DNA of 64,000 nucleotides from an uncultured virus (IMG/VR IMGVR_UViG_3300032116_000117) (IMGVR_UViG_3300032116_000117:1-64000), one strand, 5' to 3'. Positions 49,919 through 59,408 are shown, numbered from the stretch's first letter. Made by a program: numbers and translations. The notes: a model not told the origin generated them from the sequence alone.

Positions 49919-50166
49919 GTTATTTTTTTCCATTTTTTCATTGGACATTCTTGATCTGCCCATGCCAATTTATTCATAAAAATTTTTTTAGTTGACAAGT
50001 TACATCCACACACCAAACATTGACTATTTTTTGCATCAAACATTTCGCAATTAAGGCATATTTCATATCTTTGTTTTATTTGCTCTAATGTGGATTTTGG
50101 AAATCCAGACCATATATGCCAAAATAAAGATTTAAAAAATGTTCGTATTTTCTTTAGATTTATCAT
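49915..50166 (-). CDS. Stand-alone DUF6171-like Cys protein
   Basis: RYEICLNC..CLVCGC..MNKLAWADQECPMKKW. Confidence 0.75.
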   Translation of the reverse strand: MINLKKIRTFFKSLFWHIWSGFPKSTLEQIKQRYEICLNCEMFDAKNSQCLVCGCNLSTKKIFMNKLAWADQECPMKKWKKIT

Positions 50167-50380
50167 CTGAGGTTTTTATTTTGATAATATTATTGTTTTT
50201 GTCTAACATAAAGAGATCTATAAACTCACACATACAATTAGCATCAAACCATTTGCACATTCCATCATTCAAATTAATGGCTTTCCTTGCTCCATTATTT
50301 TTAAAATCAGAAGTCAATACAAAAGATTGGTCCTTAACAACAAAAGCATCTCCAGAATTTAATTCCTCAACGTATTTCAT
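50132..50380 (-). CDS. Small hypothetical protein
   Basis: GGAG RBS; pattern similar to the 59-aa ORF at 14495. Confidence 0.65.
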   Translation of the reverse strand: MKYVEELNSGDAFVVKDQSFVLTSDFKNNGARKAINLNDGMCKWFDANCMCEFIDLFMLDKNNNIIKIKTSDDKSKENTNIF

Positions 50381-50564
50381 TCTCCCACTCTTCCCAAAGT
50401 TCTTCTTGTTCCATTTCTTCTATTCTGGATCTGTATTCTTTTTTGATCTTCTTAACATCTCTGTAAGATTGATCAAAGTCTTTGTCGGTCTTTTTTTTAT
50501 TAGTCAATTTCTCTCTGCGAGAAGTTTTTCTATCATCAAAATCGTTATTATTATGCATCTTCAT
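50367..50564 (-). CDS. Small highly charged protein
   Basis: First gene after the promoter at 50593-50620. Confidence 0.6.
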   Translation of the reverse strand: MKMHNNNDFDDRKTSRREKLTNKKKTDKDFDQSYRDVKKIKKEYRSRIEEMEQEELWEEWENEIR

Positions 50565-50567
50565 TCA

Positions 50568-51371
50568 TCACTTTGTAGCACTATTCAATACTATTGTAGC
50601 AGAAGGTAGATCTGTGTCAAGTCCATTTGCTTCGATTTCAATTATCTGTTGTATCCAATCAAAATGATCGCTAACTCTGGTGTGTCCTGACTCATCTGTG
50701 TACGAAGAATCTGTTACATTGTCTGTTGCCATAACACAAGAATTTATTCCAGCTAATTTTTTATTGATAAATAGTCCTCCTCCACTATCTCCGCTAGATA
50801 TTAAAAACTCCAAAGAAGTTCTATCTCTAGCACTAGGAGTACAAATCAATAATCCTCTATCAATATGTTCTATTTTGTTTGATCCTGCTCTCCTTTGCCC
50901 ATCATATTTGCTAGACCCTGTGTCAAAAGTTCCAAAAATGCCAAATCCACATATTGCAGATATTTGTCCTACTTCGTCTCTGTCAGAATATAATTCTGGA
51001 TAAAAATCTAACTCAAAGTCTTGATCTGTAAATCCTATTGCTAAATCATTATAACCAAAAATATTTTCTTGAAAATTTGAAGGCATGATTATTTTTCTCA
51101 AAGGAATTTTTTTTCCATCAAGGACCGCAAAACATTCCTGACTATCTGCAATTACATGAGCCGCAGTCAAAATAACTTTTGGTCTGATAATAATGGCAGA
51201 AGCAGCATACTGATGGTTATTTTTGTATCTTCCAATAAGTCTACTAATACATCTAAATTTTTTACCATACTCCACATATTTGTTATCTGGAACATCTGGG
51301 TGCATTGTTCCAGCACTCGCTGAACAAATAGAGACAAAAATAGTTAATAGTAATACTAATACTTGTCTCAT
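50568..51371 (-). CDS. Secreted trypsin-like serine protease
   Basis: Signal peptide; TAAHV, NDLAI, GDSGGG. Confidence 0.9.
   Translation of the reverse strand: MRQVLVLLLTIFVSICSASAGTMHPDVPDNKYVEYGKKFRCISRLIGRYKNNHQYAASAIIIRPKVILTAAHVIADSQECFAVLDGKKIPLRKIIMPSNFQENIFGYNDLAIGFTDQDFELDFYPELYSDRDEVGQISAICGFGIFGTFDTGSSKYDGQRRAGSNKIEHIDRGLLICTPSARDRTSLEFLISSGDSGGGLFINKKLAGINSCVMATDNVTDSSYTDESGHTRVSDHFDWIQQIIEIEANGLDTDLPSATIVLNSATK
50593..50620 (-). promoter_or_regulatory. Sigma70-type promoter inside the 3' end of the protease gene
   Basis: TTGACA-16 nt-TACAAT with TGn extended -10. Confidence 0.6.
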
Positions 51372-51393
51372 TTTATGTTCCTTTATTAAGGAG

Positions 51394-52395
51394 TTACAAA
51401 ACTTTTGACGCTATTAAGCAGCCCTTTGCTACAGCGTGTAGAGCATCTTTTGCATGAATAACTTCTTTTATCTGTAGAGGAAAATTATTTTCATTTAATT
51501 TTTCTTGAAATTTTTCAATATATCCGTTGGCCTGAGAAGTTCCTCCTGCAACAACAATCTTTAATGGATCTTTAAATTTTGGTAAAGATTTGTGACCTGT
51601 TAAAGCAACGCTTAATTGTTTTGTAGTATAATCAATTAACCTATCATAATACGCTGATACGGCAGCAAGCACCGGGTTTTCGTTGGACTCCCCGATTTTA
51701 AAACCACCGCCCTCTTTCTCTGCTTGAACAACACTGTCGGGTTCTCCGGTGGCTACAGCACTCATACGGTCAATCCAATCTCCAGACTTGGTAGTGCTGA
51801 ATACAACAGTTGGTTCACCGTTCAGCATGACGCATACATTGGTCATACCAGCACCACAACTTATGCCTATTCCAGTATAATCGGTATCTTCTAGTTCAGC
51901 ATAACATAATGCTTCTGCTTCATTAATTGCTCTTGCATCATATCCACATTCGCCAAGAATAGTCTTTACAACATCTTCGTGATATCCAACATCAAAATCT
52001 TCATCCTCTTGATCAACTGGTTGTGCTGGTATGCAAAATACTATTTTTTCTCCCTCAGTTTCTGCTTTACCGGCAACTTCTTTCAGAATAAAAGCTAAGA
52101 TTTTTTTTGCATCTTTTTCTTTTGCTGAGACTACTCCTTTGAACATTGGTCTTTTTGCTGTGTCGTTTCTTTCTATTGCTTTCTCAATAGCGTCTTTGCC
52201 TAATAGAATGAATGACCCATCGCTGTCCTTAATAAAGACTTTTCCGGACAATCCTTTTTCTATCATTTTTGTTGCAACTGGTGTCGTTGGCTTTATGATA
52301 TAAAAAGCATCACGAAAATCTTTGTATGTTATGCCATCTGTTGATTCAGAAGATAGCACAATAAAACTAGTCCCAACATCCAGGCCCTTTGACAT
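51394..52395 (-). CDS. Actin-fold ATPase, volactin-like
   Basis: GLDVGT, RPMxxG, INEAEA, GISCGAGMTN, GDWID, AGGTS, AVAKG. Confidence 0.8.
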   Translation of the reverse strand: MSKGLDVGTSFIVLSSESTDGITYKDFRDAFYIIKPTTPVATKMIEKGLSGKVFIKDSDGSFILLGKDAIEKAIERNDTAKRPMFKGVVSAKEKDAKKILAFILKEVAGKAETEGEKIVFCIPAQPVDQEDEDFDVGYHEDVVKTILGECGYDARAINEAEALCYAELEDTDYTGIGISCGAGMTNVCVMLNGEPTVVFSTTKSGDWIDRMSAVATGEPDSVVQAEKEGGGFKIGESNENPVLAAVSAYYDRLIDYTTKQLSVALTGHKSLPKFKDPLKIVVAGGTSQANGYIEKFQEKLNENNFPLQIKEVIHAKDALHAVAKGCLIASKVL

Positions 52396-52397
52396 AA

Positions 52398-52706
52398 TTA
52401 TCCTCGCATATTTTTAAGTTTATTTATTGCTGTTGATATTTGTTCTTGACTCTGTTTGGTGTCTCCTAGAGAGTCATACTTTTTTTCTAGATTGTCTGTT
52501 TTTATGTCTATAACTACTTTTGAAGAATCAATATCTATCTTTTTTGATTCTTTTTGCTCTATTTTCTGTTTATCAAAGAAAGAAACATTTTTTTCCTGAG
52601 TATAATATACACCATTTTGATTTTTTAATTGTCCAATAATATAGCCAAATAGAAAAAAGACAATATTAAAAGTAATTAGTATAATGTATATTATATATTC
52701 TTGCAT
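52398..52706 (-). CDS. N-terminal TM protein upstream of the actin gene
   Basis: Hydrophobic N-terminal helix; charged tail ending KLKNMRG. Confidence 0.7.
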   Translation of the reverse strand: MQEYIIYIILITFNIVFFLFGYIIGQLKNQNGVYYTQEKNVSFFDKQKIEQKESKKIDIDSSKVVIDIKTDNLEKKYDSLGDTKQSQEQISTAINKLKNMRG

Positions 52707-52707
52707 A

Positions 52708-53598
52708 TTATATTTTACCCAGGACTCTGCCCTTATGTGTTCTTTGTATAAATCCTTTTCTTACAAGATATGGCTCTATACTATTCTCGATAGTATCTAT
52801 AGCAATACCGGTCAATGAGGATATAGATTTTAGACCAAGAGGATTTCCAATATTTTTCTTTAATACACTGATGTAGTCTCTATCATAGATATCAAATCCA
52901 TTAGAGTCTATTCCTTGTATATTAAATATTTCATCCACAGTCATTGATTTTTTTTGAGTTAACACACAGTTTTTATACCACTGCAACCTAGCATTTAAAA
53001 TTCTTGGAGTTCCTTTGCTTCTACGAGCAATCTCAAAAAGATCAGACTCTGAAACATTTAGTCCGAACTTTTTTGCGTTTAACCCTGCTAGTTTGGCTAA
53101 CTCATCCTCAGTGTAGAACGACAAATGCTCTTTAATAGAGAACCTATCATAAAACGGTTGACTCAAACTTCCACCACTAGTTGTTGCACCAACAAGAGTA
53201 AATAGTGGGATCTCGATAGTCTCTGGTTCATCTTTATTTGATAAAGTCAAAACAAAATCTTCCATTACCGGATACAAGAATTCTTCAACTAGTTTTGGAA
53301 GCCTATGAATTTCATCTATAAAAAGAACTGATCTTGGTGCAAGTCCGATTAGGTATGGAATTAAATTTTTTATACTTCTAAGATTTGCAGCATTTAAAGT
53401 ATATAGATTTGCATTTAATTCATTAGCAATTGCACTAGCAATAGTAGTTTTGCCCAAACCCGGAGGCCCATCAATTAAGATATGAGGCACTACACTGTTG
53501 GTTATGTTGCATCCACCAATTATTATTTGCAATCTATTGATTACTTCTGATTGACCAATAATATCTTCAAAATTTGTAGGACGAATAGAATTTGACAT
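52708..53598 (-). CDS. ruvB: Holliday junction branch-migration ATPase RuvB
   Basis: IRPTNFEDIIGQ, GPPGLGKTT, FIDEIHRL, GATT, GTPR, IEPYL, RTHKGR. Confidence 0.93.
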   Translation of the reverse strand: MSNSIRPTNFEDIIGQSEVINRLQIIIGGCNITNSVVPHILIDGPPGLGKTTIASAIANELNANLYTLNAANLRSIKNLIPYLIGLAPRSVLFIDEIHRLPKLVEEFLYPVMEDFVLTLSNKDEPETIEIPLFTLVGATTSGGSLSQPFYDRFSIKEHLSFYTEDELAKLAGLNAKKFGLNVSESDLFEIARRSKGTPRILNARLQWYKNCVLTQKKSMTVDEIFNIQGIDSNGFDIYDRDYISVLKKNIGNPLGLKSISSLTGIAIDTIENSIEPYLVRKGFIQRTHKGRVLGKI

Positions 53599-53609
53599 AT
53601 TTTCTCCAA

Positions 53610-54008
53610 TTATTTATCTTTGATCCAAAACACAAAATCATTTACCTCATCATCAAATGCCATCTCAACCAATCCCTTGTTGACTAGCCCGTTCAAAATA
53701 TTACTAGTCATTCTGTCTCCTAAAGCAAGAAGTATTTCTTCAAATATTTTATCATTAATTATGTATGATATTTTTTTTGTCTTTTTATTTTTTTCACTTT
53801 TTGCTAACGATTTTATTATTAATTCTGACTCCGAATAAGACAAGACTCTATCCAGTTCTTCTTGTTCTTCTTGCGAAAGTTTGGCATATAGTTCTTCTGT
53901 ATTATGGTTATTTTTACCAAAATTATTGAATAGCATTAATCGGGTAGAATTAATAAAACCATCTAGATCTTTTACTTTGTACCAGTTATCATCATTTATA
54001 GAACTCAT
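53610..54008 (-). CDS. Hypothetical protein
   Basis: ORF with AGGA RBS. Confidence 0.7.
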   Translation of the reverse strand: MSSINDDNWYKVKDLDGFINSTRLMLFNNFGKNNHNTEELYAKLSQEEQEELDRVLSYSESELIIKSLAKSEKNKKTKKISYIINDKIFEEILLALGDRMTSNILNGLVNKGLVEMAFDDEVNDFVFWIKDK

Positions 54009-54016
54009 AGTATTTC

Positions 54017-54385
54017 CTAATTAAGTATTTCGTACAATCCCTTATAATAATTTGGTTGAGATAAAAAATGCCCAGCATGACTTTGTAAATGTTTGACATA
54101 TTCGCTCGCTAGTTTGTCTTGTATAAAGTGTTTCTTTTTCCACACTCCTTCATTCCAATAGTTGTTCCCCAAGTATAGGGAGGTTTTATCCTCCGCTATA
54201 CTGGAGAGCCAACTACTCACAGGTAACGAAATCGGCTTGAATCCTTCTGGTAACAATGGCGTCTCATAGGATTCTGACAGTTTTTTAATCAGACTATCCA
54301 TATATTTCTGTATCCAATCAGTATCTATCTGAAAATAGAATTTGTATGGATCATCGTTGTATTCTGGATCATCTGGATTATTCAT
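54017..54385 (-). CDS. Hypothetical protein
   Basis: ORF in operon. Confidence 0.6.
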   Translation of the reverse strand: MNNPDDPEYNDDPYKFYFQIDTDWIQKYMDSLIKKLSESYETPLLPEGFKPISLPVSSWLSSIAEDKTSLYLGNNYWNEGVWKKKHFIQDKLASEYVKHLQSHAGHFLSQPNYYKGLYEILN

Positions 54386-54387
54386 TT

Positions 54388-55605
54388 TCAGCCTACACAA
54401 AACTTGTCGCTAATCTGATTTGCCAAGTCTCTGGCAGCACCAGAAAGGAATCGGTTGTTGCTGAAATACAACGCTGTGGACGCTTGGTTGAGGTACTCGA
54501 CCACCGTTTTTAAAAGTTTGGCTTGCTCCCCAGTGAGAACTAAACCAGCACCAGCGGGACCACCAAGATCATCCGTACCAGTGTGGTTAACTGGCATAGG
54601 ATCACCATAAGACTTCTCGTACTTGTTATTATAAGCCTTAGATAGATCCTGATTGTAAGAATCTGGAACATTATCGTAAGATGCCCAAGCACTACTCTTA
54701 AAATTATCTAATGAACTCTTGCTATTCTTTTGACCACAATAATCAGCACTACTGTTAGTATAAACAGCCTTCTGGTCATTGAGTGTATTCAGAATCTTTT
54801 GGGCAGCATCAACACTCACAGGAAGTCCAGTAGAGTCAGAATTCTTGTAGGTTTTCCTCCACTGTTCAAACCAAGCATCACTAGTAGCATTAGGAACAAT
54901 AGTTACTGTTGCTGGCTGACCATTTAATGCAGAGATTAGCTCCTTCACATTAATTCTATGACCAGTTGAGCCGGTCAGAATACTGGTAAAGTAAGGAGCC
55001 TTCTTCTCCCAGCACTTACGCCACCAAGTATAAGGAACTCGGTAAATCTGGTTGATCTTGATGGCTCGTGCATCTCCACCAAAGTAATTTACCAGTTTCT
55101 TTTGAATACCATTCCAATTGGTTTTATTAAGAAGAGTTCGACTCTCATCATCCAAAATCCAATACATCTGATAGCCATTACGAGTATCAACTACCCAACT
55201 TGGCTTAACAGTAAAGTTATTGATCTTATCAAGAGCAGACTGCTTAAACTTCATAACCTCTTTACTAGGTAGATAGTTTCCGCTGGAGTCTCGTCCAGCA
55301 TCAATATCCACAAAGCAACAACTGATTGTGTTAATAGCATACTGCTTGCGTCCACCATTAACATAGAAGTAAGCATCAGAGTTGCCATTCTCATTAGCAT
55401 CATGTACTTCATTTAGATTACTGGTATGCCTCATACTGCTAATCTTTCTACGAGGATCTCCATTGTAGCAAAAGATATGACCAGCATTTAGATTAAAAGA
55501 ATCTAGAAACTGCTTTTGAATTCGATTCCAAGAATTAGCATGACGCTTTCCGGTATTGCTGTTAGCCTTATCGTACGGATTAAAACCAAGTTCCATCTTA
55601 AACAT
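54388..55605 (-). CDS. AEP-superfamily primase (RepB'-like)
   Basis: YFYVN, CFVDID, PSWVVDTRNGYQMYW, GGD..QIYRVP. Confidence 0.7.
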   Translation of the reverse strand: MFKMELGFNPYDKANSNTGKRHANSWNRIQKQFLDSFNLNAGHIFCYNGDPRRKISSMRHTSNLNEVHDANENGNSDAYFYVNGGRKQYAINTISCCFVDIDAGRDSSGNYLPSKEVMKFKQSALDKINNFTVKPSWVVDTRNGYQMYWILDDESRTLLNKTNWNGIQKKLVNYFGGDARAIKINQIYRVPYTWWRKCWEKKAPYFTSILTGSTGHRINVKELISALNGQPATVTIVPNATSDAWFEQWRKTYKNSDSTGLPVSVDAAQKILNTLNDQKAVYTNSSADYCGQKNSKSSLDNFKSSAWASYDNVPDSYNQDLSKAYNNKYEKSYGDPMPVNHTGTDDLGGPAGAGLVLTGEQAKLLKTVVEYLNQASTALYFSNNRFLSGAARDLANQISDKFCVG

Positions 55606-55638
55606 ATTTCACCATTACCTGTAATTGTAAACAACCTC

Positions 55639-55678
55639 AAAAATAGCCGGGATAATAAACACTACTATCATGATCGGC
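55639..55678 (-). terminator. Probable intrinsic terminator downstream of the tRNA-like element
   Basis: Minus strand GCCG..GATAGTA-GTGTT-TATTATC..CGGC then TATTTTT. Confidence 0.55.
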
Positions 55679-55680
55679 AA

Positions 55681-55767
55681 AAGGGAGTTAGGGAATCGAA
55701 CCCTAAGAGATTCTGATGATCTTTAACAAGACAATCCTTGAATCTGCTAGTCCCAGACTACTCCATT
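55681..55767 (-). ncRNA. tRNA-like RNA or pseudo-tRNA
   Basis: T arm TAGGG-TTCGATT-CCCTA; acceptor-like AATGGAGT/ACTCCCTT; no canonical anticodon arm. Confidence 0.5.
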
Positions 55768-55773
55768 AATTAA

Positions 55774-56658
55774 TCACCCAGGATAAGAGTTGTCGTACTC
55801 GTCATCCTCATCTTCATCATCGGCATAGTATTCTTCGTCAATATCTTCTTCCTCATCATTCCAGCCCCAATCATAATCACGATCATACTCATCCTCATCT
55901 CCGTCATTATAATCGTCATCAGCAAACGTGGCCGAATAAAGAGGCTTGAGAAGTTCGCCTTGATACTCTCCGACTACTTCATATCGGCAAGTGCGAAGTT
56001 TCTCACAGTTACAATCACTAGGAACACTCACAACATCCTTGGGATTGATTTTAACAATCACAATTTTGTCGCCAGCCTCAAGACTACCATAACCGGCCAC
56101 ATAATTCAATGCACCAGCATGAAGCCCATTAGAACAACCCCTACCACGATCATCATCAACCTTTGATCGGGTCATTTCGCAAACCTTGCCAACATGATTG
56201 TCGAATGTACCACGATACTTATCCATATAATCTGCTCTGACTGCCTTATAGGCGAGGAAATGACCATCCTCAGTAATGGGCAGATGCTCATGCTCAAGGA
56301 AATCATAGAGTTCCTTTTGACTCTGCATACTAGGATTCTCCATGAGATTATTCAGGAAATTGACAAGAGGCTGAAATGGCAAACCCTTGCTCATAAATTC
56401 CAGAATTCTCTTGCTAATCGACCCATGCACAACCTCGCCCTCATAAGTTACCTGACCGTTCTTGATCTCAACAAGACCATCACTAAAAGCAGCAACAGCC
56501 TTTTCAACATCAACAATTTCCAGCAACTCATCAGCGGTTGCAGTTGGCAACCTTTCCAGAATCATCTTGTAGTTAATATGATCAGGAAGAACCTGATAAC
56601 TCTTATTATTCAGAACAACCGTGAGGTTGCCATCAACAAACATAAACGGAACGGCCAT
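55774..56658 (-). CDS. rIIB: rIIB-like protein
   Basis: NPS..ELYDFL..LPITEDGHFLAYKAV, CSNGLH, KINPKDVVSVP, RTCRYEVV; acidic tail. Confidence 0.85.
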   Translation of the reverse strand: MAVPFMFVDGNLTVVLNNKSYQVLPDHINYKMILERLPTATADELLEIVDVEKAVAAFSDGLVEIKNGQVTYEGEVVHGSISKRILEFMSKGLPFQPLVNFLNNLMENPSMQSQKELYDFLEHEHLPITEDGHFLAYKAVRADYMDKYRGTFDNHVGKVCEMTRSKVDDDRGRGCSNGLHAGALNYVAGYGSLEAGDKIVIVKINPKDVVSVPSDCNCEKLRTCRYEVVGEYQGELLKPLYSATFADDDYNDGDEDEYDRDYDWGWNDEEEDIDEEYYADDEDEDDEYDNSYPG

Positions 56659-56694
56659 AATATAAACTCCTAATTACCTGTGAAAAATGTGAAA

Positions 56695-59364
56695 TTACTT
56701 AATGAGACTACTCAACTGAATCTTAAACAAATCGACCATATCATCACTCATCTTACAAGCCCAATCGTTACTTCTATTGTAACTGTCAGTGGAATTGGTG
56801 ATAGGATTCTTTGAGGTCAAATTCCTAATCCCCGACTTTACACTGACGGTTCCCATAATATACTTGAGCATCGGGTTGTTGTCAACCTCTGCTTTCATAG
56901 TTTTTCTAAGTTCACTCGCTTTGGGCAAGTTATACTTGGTCTTATCATTTGATGCAATAAGATTCGTGTATTCTTTAGAATCGCTCTTTAGATACAAACG
57001 ATTAACAATTGCATTAGTCAAATGAATATATGCCACATTGGTTTTCTTGATGTTTTCAGCATCAACACTATCAATACCAATCCCATTAAGTAGACCATTG
57101 ATATGAGCATAATAGTCAGCCATCTTGAATCCATTAATATCATACTTGTGTCTATGCACAGTATCGCTAAAGAATTCCATGATCAAATAGTTGTCAACGA
57201 CCTTGACTAGTTTATCGTTCTTCATAAACTTACCATAATCAAGACCAAAGAAGTTAAGAGCATGAAAACAGAACTGACCAAGAACATCTCCGTAGTTGTT
57301 CCAGTAATAACGATCAGTGTTATCCCTATCGCTAAATTCATTCTTGCAAAATTCTACAACATCGTTGAAGCAAGAAACCTTTTTAAAGTGGTCTTTTGCA
57401 ATAGTCTTTAGTTTATTCTTAAAGAAGGTGTTGAATGGAATCATAGTATGATCACCATTTTCAACCATCTTCTTTGCAATGCTACTCTTAATAGCATAAA
57501 CCTTAGTCTTACCAAAGAGTTCCTTAACAATATCGGCTAGACTAGGCTCATTAAACATAAAATTGAGACTCTCAATATCCGGCAGACCTTCTCCCTCATT
57601 TACTGCATATCGAGTAATAGGAATGTAAACAATCTCGTCGCTATCATCAAAAGCCTCAAGTTCATCTGATGTAAGAGTCTTTAGATGCGGAGCATCATTA
57701 TACTCAACTGTGAGACTGCCGCTATCCTTAGAAGCACCATAAATAAAGAATACATCTTGATCGCTAACACTACCCTTGCTAGAACGAGTCCCAACTTTTC
57801 GTGGACTATTGCTCTTAATAAGATCCTTATAGTCAGAGACTTTCATGATCTTATCAGAACCAACGTCCGCAATAAGTTGATCAAATCCTTCGTCTGACTT
57901 TGATACGTCCTTAGTATCAACCATCAAATAAGCAAAACAATCGTTCTCATTGCAATAACGAGTCACAATCTTTTTAGCAGTTTCTTCGCTCTTAATATCG
58001 CAAACAAAGAAACTAAGCGGCCCAGTTTTGCGACCACTAGCACTCCAATAATATTCACCCTTACCAGTAAGAGTGTTGTGGTGAAGTTTATCTGTGAGAT
58101 AAACCATGCGACGAGAACGATAGCCAGCACTTCTATAGTTAAAAACATACAGACTCTTACCAGCAGAAATCTTATATTCCAGATCTTCTCCGCTGTTGAT
58201 ATTGTGTACCTTGCCCTGAGCATCCTTCCAAGATGCACCAACGCCCCAGCCACCAGCAAGATCATTCAACTGGTAATAAGTTGTGATTGCTTCGATCTTT
58301 GTTTTTGCAGCCTCAATCTTCTTGCTGAATTCTTCCTTCATCTCAAGATAAATACCCTGAGTCTTTTCACGCAGAGTCTTAATCACAGACTTTGTATACT
58401 GCAAACCTTCACGGGAAACATCCATCTCAAGTTCACCGATACCAAAGTCAAGTTCCAGATAAAGATTCTGGTTGAGAATTTCTGTGATGAAACTCTTCCA
58501 AGAATCAATATCTGCCTTACCAAAGGCACGATTCCACTTGGCAATATGATCTGGTTGCTCCGCTTTCTGCTCTCCCACAAGTTGAGGAGCATTAACAGGG
58601 TACGCAATATTGCCCATAAGAGCAATAATCCCGCTATCAATCTTGTGATAAACGCTAGGATAATGATTGGTATCATTAGACAAACGACAAACTCTCCAGC
58701 CATCACCGCTGATAATAATATTCTTGTTGCTATAAGCATGATCCTTGAGACTAGGAATAACACCCCCCTCAATAATCGGCTTCATCTTAAAGTAATGGAA
58801 AATGCGAATAGCCTTCTGACTAAACTCAGAGAAATCGTACTGCTTAACAGCAAAACTAATCTCAAGACCATTAGGCTCATCTGTTTCACAAGAATTGAAC
58901 AGATTAAGAGTAGGCACACCATTATCGTCAATAGCGGCGATATAGGTATACTTCATACCGTTGTAATAAGAACTGGTGGTAAAACTCTTGGTATAAGCAA
59001 ATGGACTCTTACTACCAAGACCAAGACAACCCACAAAATCGTTGCTATCATTTTTGTTACTAGCACCGTAGGTTGTATACAGGTTCTCCATATCAGTCTG
59101 ACTAAGACCAGTACCATAATCACGCACCGCAAAATTAGGATTAGCAGCGGTTGGCAACGTCACCTTAAACGGATTTTTATTACCAGCACTAACATGACTG
59201 TCATAAGCATTAGTAGACAGTTCACGAATAACCGCCATTACCTTATCGGAATAAAGAGAATCCGAAAGGATCTTAAACATTTTGCTGGTTTGTGCGATTG
59301 TGAATCCTGACGCACTTTGAACACCAGCACTATGAGTCTCAATAACACGATCTGCCAACTTCAT
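56695..59364 (-). CDS. rIIA: rIIA-like protein with N-terminal GHKL ATPase
   Basis: LYSDKVMAVIRELSTNAYD, VRDYGTGL, GLGSKSPFAY, SREGLQY. Confidence 0.88.
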   Translation of the reverse strand: MKLADRVIETHSAGVQSASGFTIAQTSKMFKILSDSLYSDKVMAVIRELSTNAYDSHVSAGNKNPFKVTLPTAANPNFAVRDYGTGLSQTDMENLYTTYGASNKNDSNDFVGCLGLGSKSPFAYTKSFTTSSYYNGMKYTYIAAIDDNGVPTLNLFNSCETDEPNGLEISFAVKQYDFSEFSQKAIRIFHYFKMKPIIEGGVIPSLKDHAYSNKNIIISGDGWRVCRLSNDTNHYPSVYHKIDSGIIALMGNIAYPVNAPQLVGEQKAEQPDHIAKWNRAFGKADIDSWKSFITEILNQNLYLELDFGIGELEMDVSREGLQYTKSVIKTLREKTQGIYLEMKEEFSKKIEAAKTKIEAITTYYQLNDLAGGWGVGASWKDAQGKVHNINSGEDLEYKISAGKSLYVFNYRSAGYRSRRMVYLTDKLHHNTLTGKGEYYWSASGRKTGPLSFFVCDIKSEETAKKIVTRYCNENDCFAYLMVDTKDVSKSDEGFDQLIADVGSDKIMKVSDYKDLIKSNSPRKVGTRSSKGSVSDQDVFFIYGASKDSGSLTVEYNDAPHLKTLTSDELEAFDDSDEIVYIPITRYAVNEGEGLPDIESLNFMFNEPSLADIVKELFGKTKVYAIKSSIAKKMVENGDHTMIPFNTFFKNKLKTIAKDHFKKVSCFNDVVEFCKNEFSDRDNTDRYYWNNYGDVLGQFCFHALNFFGLDYGKFMKNDKLVKVVDNYLIMEFFSDTVHRHKYDINGFKMADYYAHINGLLNGIGIDSVDAENIKKTNVAYIHLTNAIVNRLYLKSDSKEYTNLIASNDKTKYNLPKASELRKTMKAEVDNNPMLKYIMGTVSVKSGIRNLTSKNPITNSTDSYNRSNDWACKMSDDMVDLFKIQLSSLIK

Positions 59365-59408
59365 CTTATGTCTCCAAATTTCCTGTGAATCGTTCCTGTG
59401 ATAGTCCC

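Noticed and set aside
55700..55730. 7-nt loop CATCAGA as a TCA (Sec or opal-suppressor) anticodon
   Set aside because: No U33, only a 4-bp stem and no room for a variable region; TGA acts as a normal stop throughout the window
55774..55930. GAT/GAY-rich repeat-like tract, also at 36490-36570 and 59680-59810
   Set aside because: These encode acidic low-complexity protein segments and are not DNA repeat arrays
58078..59310. 410-aa plus-strand ORF, and similar ones at 56194-56673, 27436-27945 and 62179-62610
   Set aside because: Antisense shadows of well-supported genes, explained by codon bias; no recognisable motifs
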